Shown: piece after piece, positions 10,357-18,969 of the stretch | Numbering within the stretch: the stretch's first letter is position 1 | Layout: every line of letters starts with the position of its first letter | Position numbers and translations under genes: made by a program | Assembly: GCA_011391695.1 (NCBI GenBank) | Contig: JAABQB010000008.1 | Coordinates: 2,719 to 66,718 of the forward strand | DNA: 64,000 bases | Source of the DNA: Desulfobacteraceae bacterium | GTDB taxonomy: Bacteria > Desulfobacterota > Desulfobacteria > Desulfobacterales > RPRI01 | Direction: 5' to 3' | Notes under the pieces: model-generated | Database searches by the model: none | What the model was told of the DNA's origin: nothing | What the model saw: the letters and a program-made list of their open reading frames with translations, nothing else

Positions 10357-11097
10357 TCAATGATTTGCATGTTTTTGCTTTGAAATACGTACAGCATCTT
10401 TAAAATCAAGCGTTCCGCTATAAATAGCCCTGCCCGTGATAACCCCCACAACACCATATTTCTCAATTTTAAGCAGGTTATAAATATCTTCTTTTGTTGA
10501 AACACCGCCGGAAGCAACAACCGGTATTGATACCGATTCCGCAAGGTAACGCGTTTCCTCTATATTCGGTCCCGTCTGCATTCCATCCCTGTAGATGTCG
10601 GTAAAATTGATAGCAACCACTCCACAATCTTCAAATTTTTTCGCAAGATCTATGGCCTTCATCGTCGTTGTTTTAGTCCATCCTTCTATTGCAACAAGAC
10701 CGTTTCTTGCGTCAATACCAACAACTATCATTCCGGGATAGTGTCTGCACGCATCTTTTACCAGCCCTGGATTTCTATGTGCCTCCGTTCCGATTACAAC
10801 CCTTTTTACACCAATATCTGCAAACATGCCGATGGTCTCTTCATTCCTTATTCCGCCACCAACCTGTATATCAACCTTAACATTTGCAAGTATCTCTTTT
10901 ATGGCCTCAAGATTCCTGGGAGACTTTTCAAAAGCACCGTCAAGATCAACCACATGAATTAATTCTGCTCCTTCATTCTCCCATCTGCATGCCATCGCTG
11001 AAGGATTGTCTGAAAAAACAGTCTCTAAATCCTTTTCACCCTGCCTGAGCCTGACACATTTGCCGTTTTTAATATCTACTGCCGGTATTATAATCAT
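10357..11097 (-). CDS. hisA: ProFAR isomerase
   Basis: IPAVDI...CVRL, HVVDLDGA, QVGGGIR, TDIYRDG, SGGVS motifs. Confidence 0.96.
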   Translation of the reverse strand: MIIIPAVDIKNGKCVRLRQGEKDLETVFSDNPSAMACRWENEGAELIHVVDLDGAFEKSPRNLEAIKEILANVKVDIQVGGGIRNEETIGMFADIGVKRVVIGTEAHRNPGLVKDACRHYPGMIVVGIDARNGLVAIEGWTKTTTMKAIDLAKKFEDCGVVAINFTDIYRDGMQTGPNIEETRYLAESVSIPVVASGGVSTKEDIYNLLKIEKYGVVGVITGRAIYSGTLDFKDAVRISKQKHANH

Positions 11098-11107
11098 TTA
11101 TTTATAC

Positions 11108-11258
11108 CTTCGCAAAAAGTCAGAAAACGACTTTTTACTTGGCGGGAAAGGGCTTCCCCTCTCCCGCCGCTTGAAGTAAATTCAAGCGGTTCCACCCTCA
11201 CCCCAGGCCGTGGCTTATCAACCCTCGGCCTGTTGATGGACTTGTTACCAGTCCATCA
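11108..11258. repeat. Cluster of stacked hairpins including AAAAAGTC/GACTTTTT repeat-type termini
   Basis: CGCAAAAAGTC..GACTTTTT, GGCGGGA..TCCCGCC, CCGCTTGAA..TTCAAGCGG, TGATGGAC..GTCCATCA. Confidence 0.55.
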
Positions 11259-11942
11259 TTTCTTGAATAATTTCATAAGCAGGTCATCAAGACCCGAAGT
11301 TGCAAGGTCGTCTGCAGAAACCCACTCCCCTTTCCTTTTTATAAAAGAACCTATTTCAAAAAGATTTTCGCTTAATGAGTGTTGTGTCTCATTTACATGC
11401 CCTGACCATAGAACACGGCCGCTTGAAACGCCTACAAGATGCAGATCAAAGGCAACTGAAGCCGGTGAAACAACCGAATAAGTTGTTCCAATCCGCTCAC
11501 TGAAACGGTACAAATGACCTATCATCACCGCATCAGCCCCCATTAATCGTCCGCCTTCTATCAGCTTGTTAACTTCATGTGTCCTCGATTCCTTGCCACC
11601 TTTAAAATCATCTGATTGTATTTGGGTCTGATTTGGATAAACAATATTAATATCTGTATTGCTTTTAACAAATGAAACAAGATGTCTTGTTAGAATTACA
11701 TCAGCGCCTTCCTTTATGGTTCCGGAAATAAATACTTTTCCACAAATAGGGCACCTCGCATTATTTCCCTTTCCATAACCGGCCGATATATCGTCAAAAG
11801 GCATAACGAGAACTTTTTTAATGCCATCAAGGGGAGACAACGGTTCAGAAATGATTATACCGGTCTTGCAGGCTGCAAGCAATAACGGCATAAAAAGAAA
11901 AAAGCAGAGCGTTTTTAAACAACGACGTTGCTTGCTTTGCAT
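11256..11942 (-). CDS. Putative lipoprotein (CsgG/DUF799-like fold suspected)
   Basis: Basic N-terminus, hydrophobic stretch and LAAC lipobox; VLVMPF strand; CPIC motif. Confidence 0.65.
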   Translation of the reverse strand: MQSKQRRCLKTLCFFLFMPLLLAACKTGIIISEPLSPLDGIKKVLVMPFDDISAGYGKGNNARCPICGKVFISGTIKEGADVILTRHLVSFVKSNTDINIVYPNQTQIQSDDFKGGKESRTHEVNKLIEGGRLMGADAVMIGHLYRFSERIGTTYSVVSPASVAFDLHLVGVSSGRVLWSGHVNETQHSLSENLFEIGSFIKRKGEWVSADDLATSGLDDLLMKLFKK

Positions 11943-11988
11943 AATATGACTCCGGCAGAGAAATAAAAGATACAGGATTTTTTTCCTG

Positions 11989-12576
11989 TTACAAAACCCC
12001 TTTTGTTGATTGGATTCCTTTTATACGCTCATCAATTGAAGTTGCCTGATCAAGAGCCCTTCCCGCAGCTTTGAAAACAGATTCGATTATATGGTGTTCA
12101 TTCTGACCGTAGAATACGTTGATGTGCAGATTCATGCCTCCCTGGGTTGAAAAAGCCCTGAAAAATTCCCTTCCGAGACCTATATTAAAATTCCCTCCCT
12201 GAAATGGAGTTGGATTCACATTGTAAACCATATAAGGGCGGTTAGACAGATCAATGGTAACAGAAGCCATGGCATCGTCCATCGGAAGAACAGCATGTCC
12301 GTAGCGCCTGATGCCTTTTCTGTCGCCAAGCGCTTTTTTAAATGCATCCCCCAGCACAAGGCCCACATCTTCAATTGTATGATGCAAGTCGACCTCAAGA
12401 TCACCCCTTGCGGTTATAAAAAGATCAAAAAAACCATGCACCGAAAAGAGAGAAAGCATGTGATCAAAAAAGGGGACCCCGGTATCTATTTCGTGTTTGC
12501 CTGTTCCGTCCAGACAAAGCTTCATGGTTATAGCTGTTTCTTTAGTCTTTCGGTCAACATCAGCTGTACGGTTCAT
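11989..12576 (-). CDS. hisB: Imidazoleglycerol-phosphate dehydratase
   Basis: RKTKET, FFDHML, HHTIEDVG, NEHHIIES and STKG motifs. Confidence 0.97.
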   Translation of the reverse strand: MNRTADVDRKTKETAITMKLCLDGTGKHEIDTGVPFFDHMLSLFSVHGFFDLFITARGDLEVDLHHTIEDVGLVLGDAFKKALGDRKGIRRYGHAVLPMDDAMASVTIDLSNRPYMVYNVNPTPFQGGNFNIGLGREFFRAFSTQGGMNLHINVFYGQNEHHIIESVFKAAGRALDQATSIDERIKGIQSTKGVL

Positions 12577-12606
12577 AAGCAACCTATAATTATATTATGA
12601 AATGTC

Positions 12607-12682
12607 TGGTGGAGATGAGGGGGTTCGAACCCCTGGCCTCGGCGTTGCGAACGCCGCGCTCTCCCAACTGAGCTACATCCCC
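12607..12682 (-). tRNA. tRNA-Ala (CGC)
   Basis: GGGGATGTAGCTCAGTTGGGAGAGC; anticodon arm CGGCG-TTCGCAA-CGCCG; ends TCCACCA. Confidence 0.95.
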
Positions 12683-12696
12683 ACATTTTTTACTGT

Positions 12697-12725
12697 TTAT
12701 TACCAAATCGGAAAGAAACGGTCAA
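12697..12725 (-). promoter_or_regulatory. Putative sigma70 promoter for tRNA-Ala
   Basis: TTGACC-17-TAATAA on the minus strand. Confidence 0.55.
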
Positions 12726-12818
12726 TTTAAAAAAATTTATTTTTAAGGCAAAAGATGATAAATTAACTTGATTGTATATAAAAAGCAGTTAAATTTAAAA
12801 CCACGGGGGAACCTATAA

Positions 12819-14549
12819 ATGGGCTACAAGGTTATTCTTTCCGATGCTTTCAAGCGTTTTACACTGGATCAGGACAAGATAAAAACACCTGGTGAAACTG
12901 TTGAATATTTCAAAAATAAATTGAAAACGCTTGATCTTGACATTCTTGAAAGCACTGCAAGAATAGACAATGGCAGGCTTGGCATACCAGTATATTTCAG
13001 CAGATGCGGGAAAGACGCATCATCCATAACCGGAACAAAAAAACAGATGGGGAAAGGAGCCACACCAGCTCAGGCAGAAGCAAGCGCAGTTATGGAGCTT
13101 GCAGAAAGATTCAGCTTTTTCTCTTTTTGCAGGAATCCAGGCAATTTTTTCCATGAAAAATATATAAATATAAAGGAAAACGCAATATCCTTTGAAATGA
13201 TCGCAAGTTCGGTCCATGATTCTTCCGGAGATATAGAAAAAGCACGAAAGATATTCGAGAACATGACATTGAAATGGACATGGGCTTATAATCTTACAAG
13301 AAAGCAGGAAGTCCTTATCCCTTTCAACTGGTTTTATATGATCAACGAATTCAATGGCCCATCAGCAGGAAACTGCGTCGAAGAAGCATTAAGCCAGGGA
13401 ATATGCGAAATTATTGAAAGACACGTCTCGTCATTGATTAGCAGAAACAACCTTGATGTTCCGGGAATTGACCCTGATTCGGCCACCGACCCGATGGTTG
13501 TCGAAATGATAAATAAATATAGAGTTGCCGGAATAAGTTTACATATCTCGGACTTCTCCCTTGAAACAGGCCTGCCTACAGTAGGTGTGCTCGCTTATGA
13601 TCCGTCAACTTTTCCTGAAAAGAGTGAAATAGTATGGACAGCAGGAACAACGCCGGACCCGCAAAAGGCACTCAGCCGTGCGCTTACCGAAACGGCCCAG
13701 CTTGCCGGCGACTTCAATTCATATTCAAATTATGTTGCAAGCGGCCTTCCTAAGTATAAAAGAATCGAAGATGCTTCATATATAATAAATCCAAAGACAA
13801 CAAAAAGCATTCAGAGCCTGCCTGATCTTTCCGACAGCAATATAAAAGTGGAGGTTGAAAACCTCATATCTGTTCTTGCAAAGAACGGGATGGAAATAAT
13901 AGTTGTAAACACGACACATCCCGAGCTTCAAATACCGGCATTTTATACTGTTGTTCCAGGAGCTCATTTCAGGGAAAGAGCAATCGGGACAAGCGTTGGC
14001 TTGTTCTGTGCCAAGATAACTGTTGAAAACTTTAAACCTGAAGATGCAATCAATGAATTAACAAAGATCGGAGAAGCACTTCCCGGAAAGTATTATATAC
14101 ATTTTTATATCGGCCAGACTCATCTTTCACTAAATGATCCGGACTCTGCGCTTTCCAGCTTCAGACAGGCGATCGAACTGGATCCTCCCTTACAGGACAT
14201 TCCAAGCATATATTCATATATGGGTATATGCCTGAAAAATATGGGAAATTATAAAGAAGCCATCGATGTTCTGAAAAAAGGCGAGTATTACGATAACGAA
14301 CGCACGGATATTTATAATCTCATGGGGTTTTGCCACTTTATGCTCAAAGAACATGAAATGGCGATAGAGAATTTCAAGAAGGTTATTAAAATCGACCCCG
14401 GTTCGGCAATTGACTACGCAAACATTGCATCGAATTACCGTGATATGGGAGAAAATGAAAAAGCTATTTATTACTATAAGGTAGCGCTTGAGCTTGACCA
14501 TTCAATTGAGTTTGCCAAAGTATCTCTTGCCAGGCTGCTTCAGGTCTGA
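12819..14549 (+). CDS. YcaO-family ATP-dependent enzyme with C-terminal TPR repeats
   Basis: MGKG..QAEASAVMELAER, NGPSAGN..EEA...ICEIIERH and RALTE ATP-binding motifs. About four TPRs in the last ~150 aa. Confidence 0.88.
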   Translation: MGYKVILSDAFKRFTLDQDKIKTPGETVEYFKNKLKTLDLDILESTARIDNGRLGIPVYFSRCGKDASSITGTKKQMGKGATPAQAEASAVMELAERFSFFSFCRNPGNFFHEKYINIKENAISFEMIASSVHDSSGDIEKARKIFENMTLKWTWAYNLTRKQEVLIPFNWFYMINEFNGPSAGNCVEEALSQGICEIIERHVSSLISRNNLDVPGIDPDSATDPMVVEMINKYRVAGISLHISDFSLETGLPTVGVLAYDPSTFPEKSEIVWTAGTTPDPQKALSRALTETAQLAGDFNSYSNYVASGLPKYKRIEDASYIINPKTTKSIQSLPDLSDSNIKVEVENLISVLAKNGMEIIVVNTTHPELQIPAFYTVVPGAHFRERAIGTSVGLFCAKITVENFKPEDAINELTKIGEALPGKYYIHFYIGQTHLSLNDPDSALSSFRQAIELDPPLQDIPSIYSYMGICLKNMGNYKEAIDVLKKGEYYDNERTDIYNLMGFCHFMLKEHEMAIENFKKVIKIDPGSAIDYANIASNYRDMGENEKAIYYYKVALELDHSIEFAKVSLARLLQV

Positions 14550-14835
14550 TTTGCCTGAACAAACTCTGATAATCATCCATTCCCTTTCTAACGTCCATCA
14601 TCCGAAGACTCTTGACAGTATAATACAATAATCAATGCGCAAAAATAGGCCCTTTGGAACCAAATATTAAAAAATATGGCAATATCTTGTAAATTATAAG
14701 ATTTTATGATATTAAGTATTCCAGTATGGAACCTGAACAGGAAAGCATGGCATTAGTAATTATCTCGGTTTAAGATAACATTTATCAATTTCGTTTCATT
14801 TATTGAAATTCATATTTTTAGAAGGAAAACAGGCT

Positions 14836-14982
14836 ATGTCAAAAAAACATCCTGAATGCCCGCTATATAATCCATTAAATTGCAAGGAATATTACAATCC
14901 AAAGCTTTGCGCTTTTGTAAGAAAAGACAAGATATGTCTTAAAAAGAAGAAGCCAAAAACAAAAGCAAAAGATAAGGAATGA
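14836..14982 (+). CDS. Unannotated 48-aa Cys4/Lys-rich microprotein
   Basis: AGAAGGA RBS upstream; MSKKHPECPLYNPLNCKEYYNPKLCAFVRKDKICLKKKKPKTKAKDKE. Below the ORF-track length cutoff. Confidence 0.7.
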   Translation: MSKKHPECPLYNPLNCKEYYNPKLCAFVRKDKICLKKKKPKTKAKDKE

Positions 14983-15048
14983 TATAAAAAGAAACTGGCA
15001 AAGGGGAGTATGTTAATTATTAATAAATTTTGACTTTAACAAAAAAAA

Positions 15049-15618
15049 TCACGCGTGCCCCGCTGTTGCGGAAAGAAGCGCCGGGTCTATTCCCATTTTT
15101 TTCACAGTCTCTTCCCACCGGATTTCAGCCGGTAATTTAAAAATAATATCCTCTGATACCGAACAGGTAAGCCATGAATTATCCTTTATCTCTGATTCAA
15201 GCTGGCCCGGCCCCCACCCTGCACATCCAAGCGCAATAATATAAGACATGGGCCCATTTCCTCCCGCAATAGCCTGGAGTATGTCCATTGTGTTGCTCAT
15301 GGCAAGATTCCGGGTAATCATAAAACAACCTCTCCATGTAAACGGCGCCGAATGGAGTATGAATATTTCACCTGTATGAACAGGCCCGCCGATGTATACT
15401 GGTATTGAATCAGCCCCAGGGATATGCTCGATATTAAGTTCATCAAAAATATCTTTTCCGGTAAGAGAGGAAGTCATCCTGTTTATGACTATTCCAAGCG
15501 CACCTTCTGAATTGTGTTCAGAAATACAGGTTACTGTCCGGTAAAAATTAGGATCAGCAAGAGCAGGCATGGCTAAAAGAAAATTTCCTTTAAGTGTGAC
15601 CTGCAGGTTGTCTTCCAT
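15049..15618 (-). CDS. YqgE/AlgH family protein
   Basis: LLAMP..DPNF, GALGIVIN, GGPV, LGCAGWGPGQLE.EI..NSW. Confidence 0.93.
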   Translation of the reverse strand: MEDNLQVTLKGNFLLAMPALADPNFYRTVTCISEHNSEGALGIVINRMTSSLTGKDIFDELNIEHIPGADSIPVYIGGPVHTGEIFILHSAPFTWRGCFMITRNLAMSNTMDILQAIAGGNGPMSYIIALGCAGWGPGQLESEIKDNSWLTCSVSEDIIFKLPAEIRWEETVKKMGIDPALLSATAGHA

Positions 15619-15648
15619 ATCAACTCCGGTAATGTTTCATTATATTTC

Positions 15649-15930
15649 TTAAGAATTATGCACTTTATTGAGTTTTTTTAGCTGTTCAATCCTGTTATTA
15701 CACAATGCAAGATCAAACCACTTGCAAAATAAAGGAACAAGACTTTTTTGAAGTTCCTTCTCACTCGCCGACTTCATTTTCTCAAGTTCTAAAAGGGCAT
15801 CCGAAACATCGTGTCTGTCCGGATCCTGTTTCAACAAATTATTATATATCCCGACCGCATTGTCATACAATCCCTGCCTTGCATATATTTTCGCCATAGT
15901 CACTGTATTTAAATCACTTGCCTCAACCAT
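15649..15930 (-). CDS. Small TPR-like hypothetical protein
   Basis: TVTMAKIYARQGLYDNAVGIY TPR-like helix pair; RBS present; co-oriented with neighbours. Confidence 0.65.
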   Translation of the reverse strand: MVEASDLNTVTMAKIYARQGLYDNAVGIYNNLLKQDPDRHDVSDALLELEKMKSASEKELQKSLVPLFCKWFDLALCNNRIEQLKKLNKVHNS

Positions 15931-16008
15931 TCCTGCATTCCCCCAAGTTGCCGTTTAGTTTCCATCCGGAAATGTCATAGTCCCTTAAATTTATTTTCTG
16001 GATCGATA

Positions 16009-16323
16009 CTATTTAATTTTTTCAGGCACACCGGAATCTTTAGTATTGTCAATTTTGAATATGATTTCGTTTTTACCGATCATGCCCAATTCCTGCCTTG
16101 CAACATTTTCTATATATTTAGGATCGTGTTTTAATCTATTTATTTCATTATACATTAAATCATTCTGCCGGACGAGTTCCTCATTCGTCTTTATTAGAAC
16201 GTTCCTGTCTTTTTTCAGGCGGTTGAACTCAAGCAGGGTATTCTCTCCGAAAAATATCAGAATAAGAAATGAAAATACCACAACAAGCCCGATACCAATT
16301 AATATTTTATGCTTTTTAGTCAC
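16009..16323 (-). CDS. ftsB: Septum formation initiator family protein (FtsB/DivIC)
   Basis: Single TM segment, coiled coil, IENVARQELGMI.KNE. Confidence 0.85.
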   Translation of the reverse strand: MTKKHKILIGIGLVVVFSFLILIFFGENTLLEFNRLKKDRNVLIKTNEELVRQNDLMYNEINRLKHDPKYIENVARQELGMIGKNEIIFKIDNTKDSGVPEKIK

Positions 16324-16326
16324 CTT

Positions 16327-17892
16327 TTATGCATCCCTTCTGGCTCTTGCATATAAATTTTTAATCTCATTGCTGTTAAACAAATAAGAAAAAAAACCGT
16401 AAGATATTATTCCGGTTAATATGCAACAGCTTACACTTAGAAAGAGCCCGCTGAAAGATATATTTCCAGCAGGCATAATGACTGATGCAACCATCCAAAC
16501 AATTACACCCATAATCACCGAACATGCGGCAATTTTTATAACCGATTTTTTTAGTTTATTCTCATCCAAAGGCCCTAATTTTATTCCGAGGGCCCTATAC
16601 AGAAGAATTACGTTCAGCATTGAAGATAAAGAATTCGCCAAAGCAAGCCCTCCGTGTTTAAGGGGAATCATAAGCAGAAGGCTTAAAACAATATTTGTTA
16701 ACAAGGATATGACAGCAATCCGTACAGGCGTCTTTGTGTCATTCAAAGCATAAAATACTGCAATAATTATTCTAACAGATGAAAACGCCCATAATCCGAT
16801 ACTATAGTATAAAAGGGCCTGGGCGGTCAATCTAACGGTTTGGGTATTAAACGCACCTCTTTTAAAAAGGAGCATAATAATTGGCTCTCTTAAGATGATG
16901 AGACCCGCCATGCAAGGCAAAGTAATAAAAAATACCATTCTCATTGAATATAAAAAAGTATCCCTGACTGCTGCCATATTATTTTCAGATGCCTGCCTGG
17001 AAAGAGAAGGAAATATCACCGTAGCGGCAGCAATTGCAAAAATCCCTAAAGGAAACTGAACAAGCCTGTCGGCATAATACAGATAAGAGACGCTGCCCTC
17101 GGGCAGAACCGATGCCAGAATTGTTCCGATAAATATGTTTATCTGGTACACCGCGGCGCCAAATATCGCCGGGAACATTAGCACCCCTATCTTTTTAAGG
17201 CCCGGATGGTATATCTCGGTTTTATTCCAAAAATATATCCCTTTTTTTATAATAAACGGAACCTGGAGCATTAGCTGGAGAAAACCTCCGGCAAGCACAC
17301 CAAAAGCAAGTATTCTGGCAGACTCTCCCGTGTGGGGAGAAATAAATAAAAGCGCTGTTATCATTGAAACATTCAACAGTACCGGCGCAAAAGCCGGCGC
17401 CGCAAAATTACCAAGCACATTCAGTATTCCCATAAACAGAGCCGTAAGAGAAATGAAAAAAATATAGGGAAACATTATGCGGGTAAGGGAAACTGTAAGC
17501 GAGTATTTGTCCGGATCATCAATAAATCCCGGCGCTATCAAACGAACAATAACAGGAGAAATAATTATCCCCGCAGTTATAACAGCAACAAGAATGACTG
17601 ACAAGAGACGAACTGCAGATCCTGCAAGGCTGAAAGCTTCATCTTTTCCTTTCTTTACTAAATATTCAGAGAAGACAGGAATGAAAGACATACTCAGCGA
17701 ACCTTCTGCAAATAGCCTGCGAAAGATATTAGGTATCCTGAATGCAACAAAAAAAGCGTCCGAATAAAGACCGGCACCAAAATACCTTGCTATTACAATA
17801 TCTCGCACAAATCCTAATATGCGGCTTAGCAGCGTAGCGCCGCTCACCACACCCGCTGCTTTTGTCAAACGGTCTTTTTCCAACTCAGGCAT
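16327..17892 (-). CDS. murJ: Lipid II flippase
   Basis: SRILGFVRD, AFRIPNIFRRLFAEG, YADRLVQFPLG; multi-TM. Confidence 0.97.
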   Translation of the reverse strand: MPELEKDRLTKAAGVVSGATLLSRILGFVRDIVIARYFGAGLYSDAFFVAFRIPNIFRRLFAEGSLSMSFIPVFSEYLVKKGKDEAFSLAGSAVRLLSVILVAVITAGIIISPVIVRLIAPGFIDDPDKYSLTVSLTRIMFPYIFFISLTALFMGILNVLGNFAAPAFAPVLLNVSMITALLFISPHTGESARILAFGVLAGGFLQLMLQVPFIIKKGIYFWNKTEIYHPGLKKIGVLMFPAIFGAAVYQINIFIGTILASVLPEGSVSYLYYADRLVQFPLGIFAIAAATVIFPSLSRQASENNMAAVRDTFLYSMRMVFFITLPCMAGLIILREPIIMLLFKRGAFNTQTVRLTAQALLYYSIGLWAFSSVRIIIAVFYALNDTKTPVRIAVISLLTNIVLSLLLMIPLKHGGLALANSLSSMLNVILLYRALGIKLGPLDENKLKKSVIKIAACSVIMGVIVWMVASVIMPAGNISFSGLFLSVSCCILTGIISYGFFSYLFNSNEIKNLYARARRDA

Positions 17893-17953
17893 AAATATTT
17901 CCCGCTAAAAATAAAACAGGTTGCAAATTCATTCCGGTTTAATCTAATATCCC

Positions 17954-17982
17954 TTGACAGGCTGTATACTATTTTGTATTAA
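17954..17982 (+). promoter_or_regulatory. sigma70 promoter of rpsT
   Basis: TTGACA-17-TATTAA with TG extension. Confidence 0.7.
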
Positions 17983-18019
17983 AGCGCTCTTAAAAAAAAT
18001 AACAAAAGGAGTATGAATT

Positions 18020-18286
18020 TTGGCAAATCATAAATCTGCTTTAAAACGTGCACGGCAAAATGACAACAGGCGCTTGCGCAACAAGTCTTCCAGGACTGCA
18101 GTAAAAAACACTGTTAAGGATTTGAGAACTGCGGCAAATAACAAAGAGGACAAGGAATCTGCAGCTAAAAAACTTGATACCGCAAAGTCGGTAATTGACA
18201 AGGCGGCAAAAAAAGGCATCCTTCACAAAAGAACTGCGGCACGGAAAATATCCCGCCTTACAAAACTTGTAAATTCTGCAAATTAA
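18020..18286 (+). CDS. rpsT: 30S ribosomal protein S20
   Basis: ANHKSALKRARQ...KGILHKRTAARKISRL; TTG start after AAAGGAG. Confidence 0.98.
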   Translation: MANHKSALKRARQNDNRRLRNKSSRTAVKNTVKDLRTAANNKEDKESAAKKLDTAKSVIDKAAKKGILHKRTAARKISRLTKLVNSAN

Positions 18287-18293
18287 TTGTTAC

Positions 18294-18330
18294 GCTTTGC
18301 CGGAGCTTTTCCTTTTCCGGCAAAGCTTTT
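18294..18330 (+). terminator. Rho-independent terminator after rpsT
   Basis: GCTTTGCCGGA/TCCGGCAAAGC stem followed by TTTT. Confidence 0.75.
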
Positions 18331-18435
18331 ATCATCTCTGTCTCAAAGGGAAGTCACCTGCTCTAAAAAAGCGGGTCAACCCACAGCCCCGCTTCAAAAG
18401 ACTGATCTTCCGGTAAGCAGTCCGGTCAAAATTAG

Positions 18436-18969
18436 CTAAAAACTATCCGTCAGCCGGTTATAAACATTTTCTGCAAGTCGTTTTGAAAGAAGCTCGATAG
18501 CAGTGCTCTTGTTTTTTTCGGTTTCATACTTGTCCGCCGTAACGGTAAACGCCTGATCTGCCGCAATGCCTTTTCTGGTCCAGATAATTTTGCCGCTTTT
18601 ATCTTTTAATTTCAAACTAAGAATAACCGTTATGCGCCTTTCAAGAGAAGTTTGAGCACTCTTACGTGAAATCGCCTCATCATTGGCAGATTCAATTATC
18701 CCGGTTAAATATGCGTCAGCATCATCAATTTTTGCCGCAACCTTGCCGTTTCTTATAAATTCATAGATAATATCGTTTGTGATTGTTTTTTCAATGCCGC
18801 TTTCGACGGTTTTGTTCTCAAGAACTGCTATGCTTACTCGCTTGACGGATGAAGGCAGATCACCCCCTCCTACAAACTTGTAACCGCATGCAGAAAACAA
18901 AAATCCGGCAATAACCGTTAAAACCACTGCAACTCTTAAATTTATCAAAACTGTTCCTCCACATTTCAT
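18436..18969 (-). CDS. lptE: LPS assembly lipoprotein LptE family
   Basis: Lipobox FSACGY; position directly downstream of leuS. Confidence 0.8.
   Translation of the reverse strand: MKCGGTVLINLRVAVVLTVIAGFLFSACGYKFVGGGDLPSSVKRVSIAVLENKTVESGIEKTITNDIIYEFIRNGKVAAKIDDADAYLTGIIESANDEAISRKSAQTSLERRITVILSLKLKDKSGKIIWTRKGIAADQAFTVTADKYETEKNKSTAIELLSKRLAENVYNRLTDSF

Noticed and set aside
14677-14690. Possible sigma54 promoter TGGCAATATCTTGT upstream of the microprotein
   Set aside because: GG-to-G(C) spacing is 9 rather than 10 nt and the -12 dinucleotide is GT.
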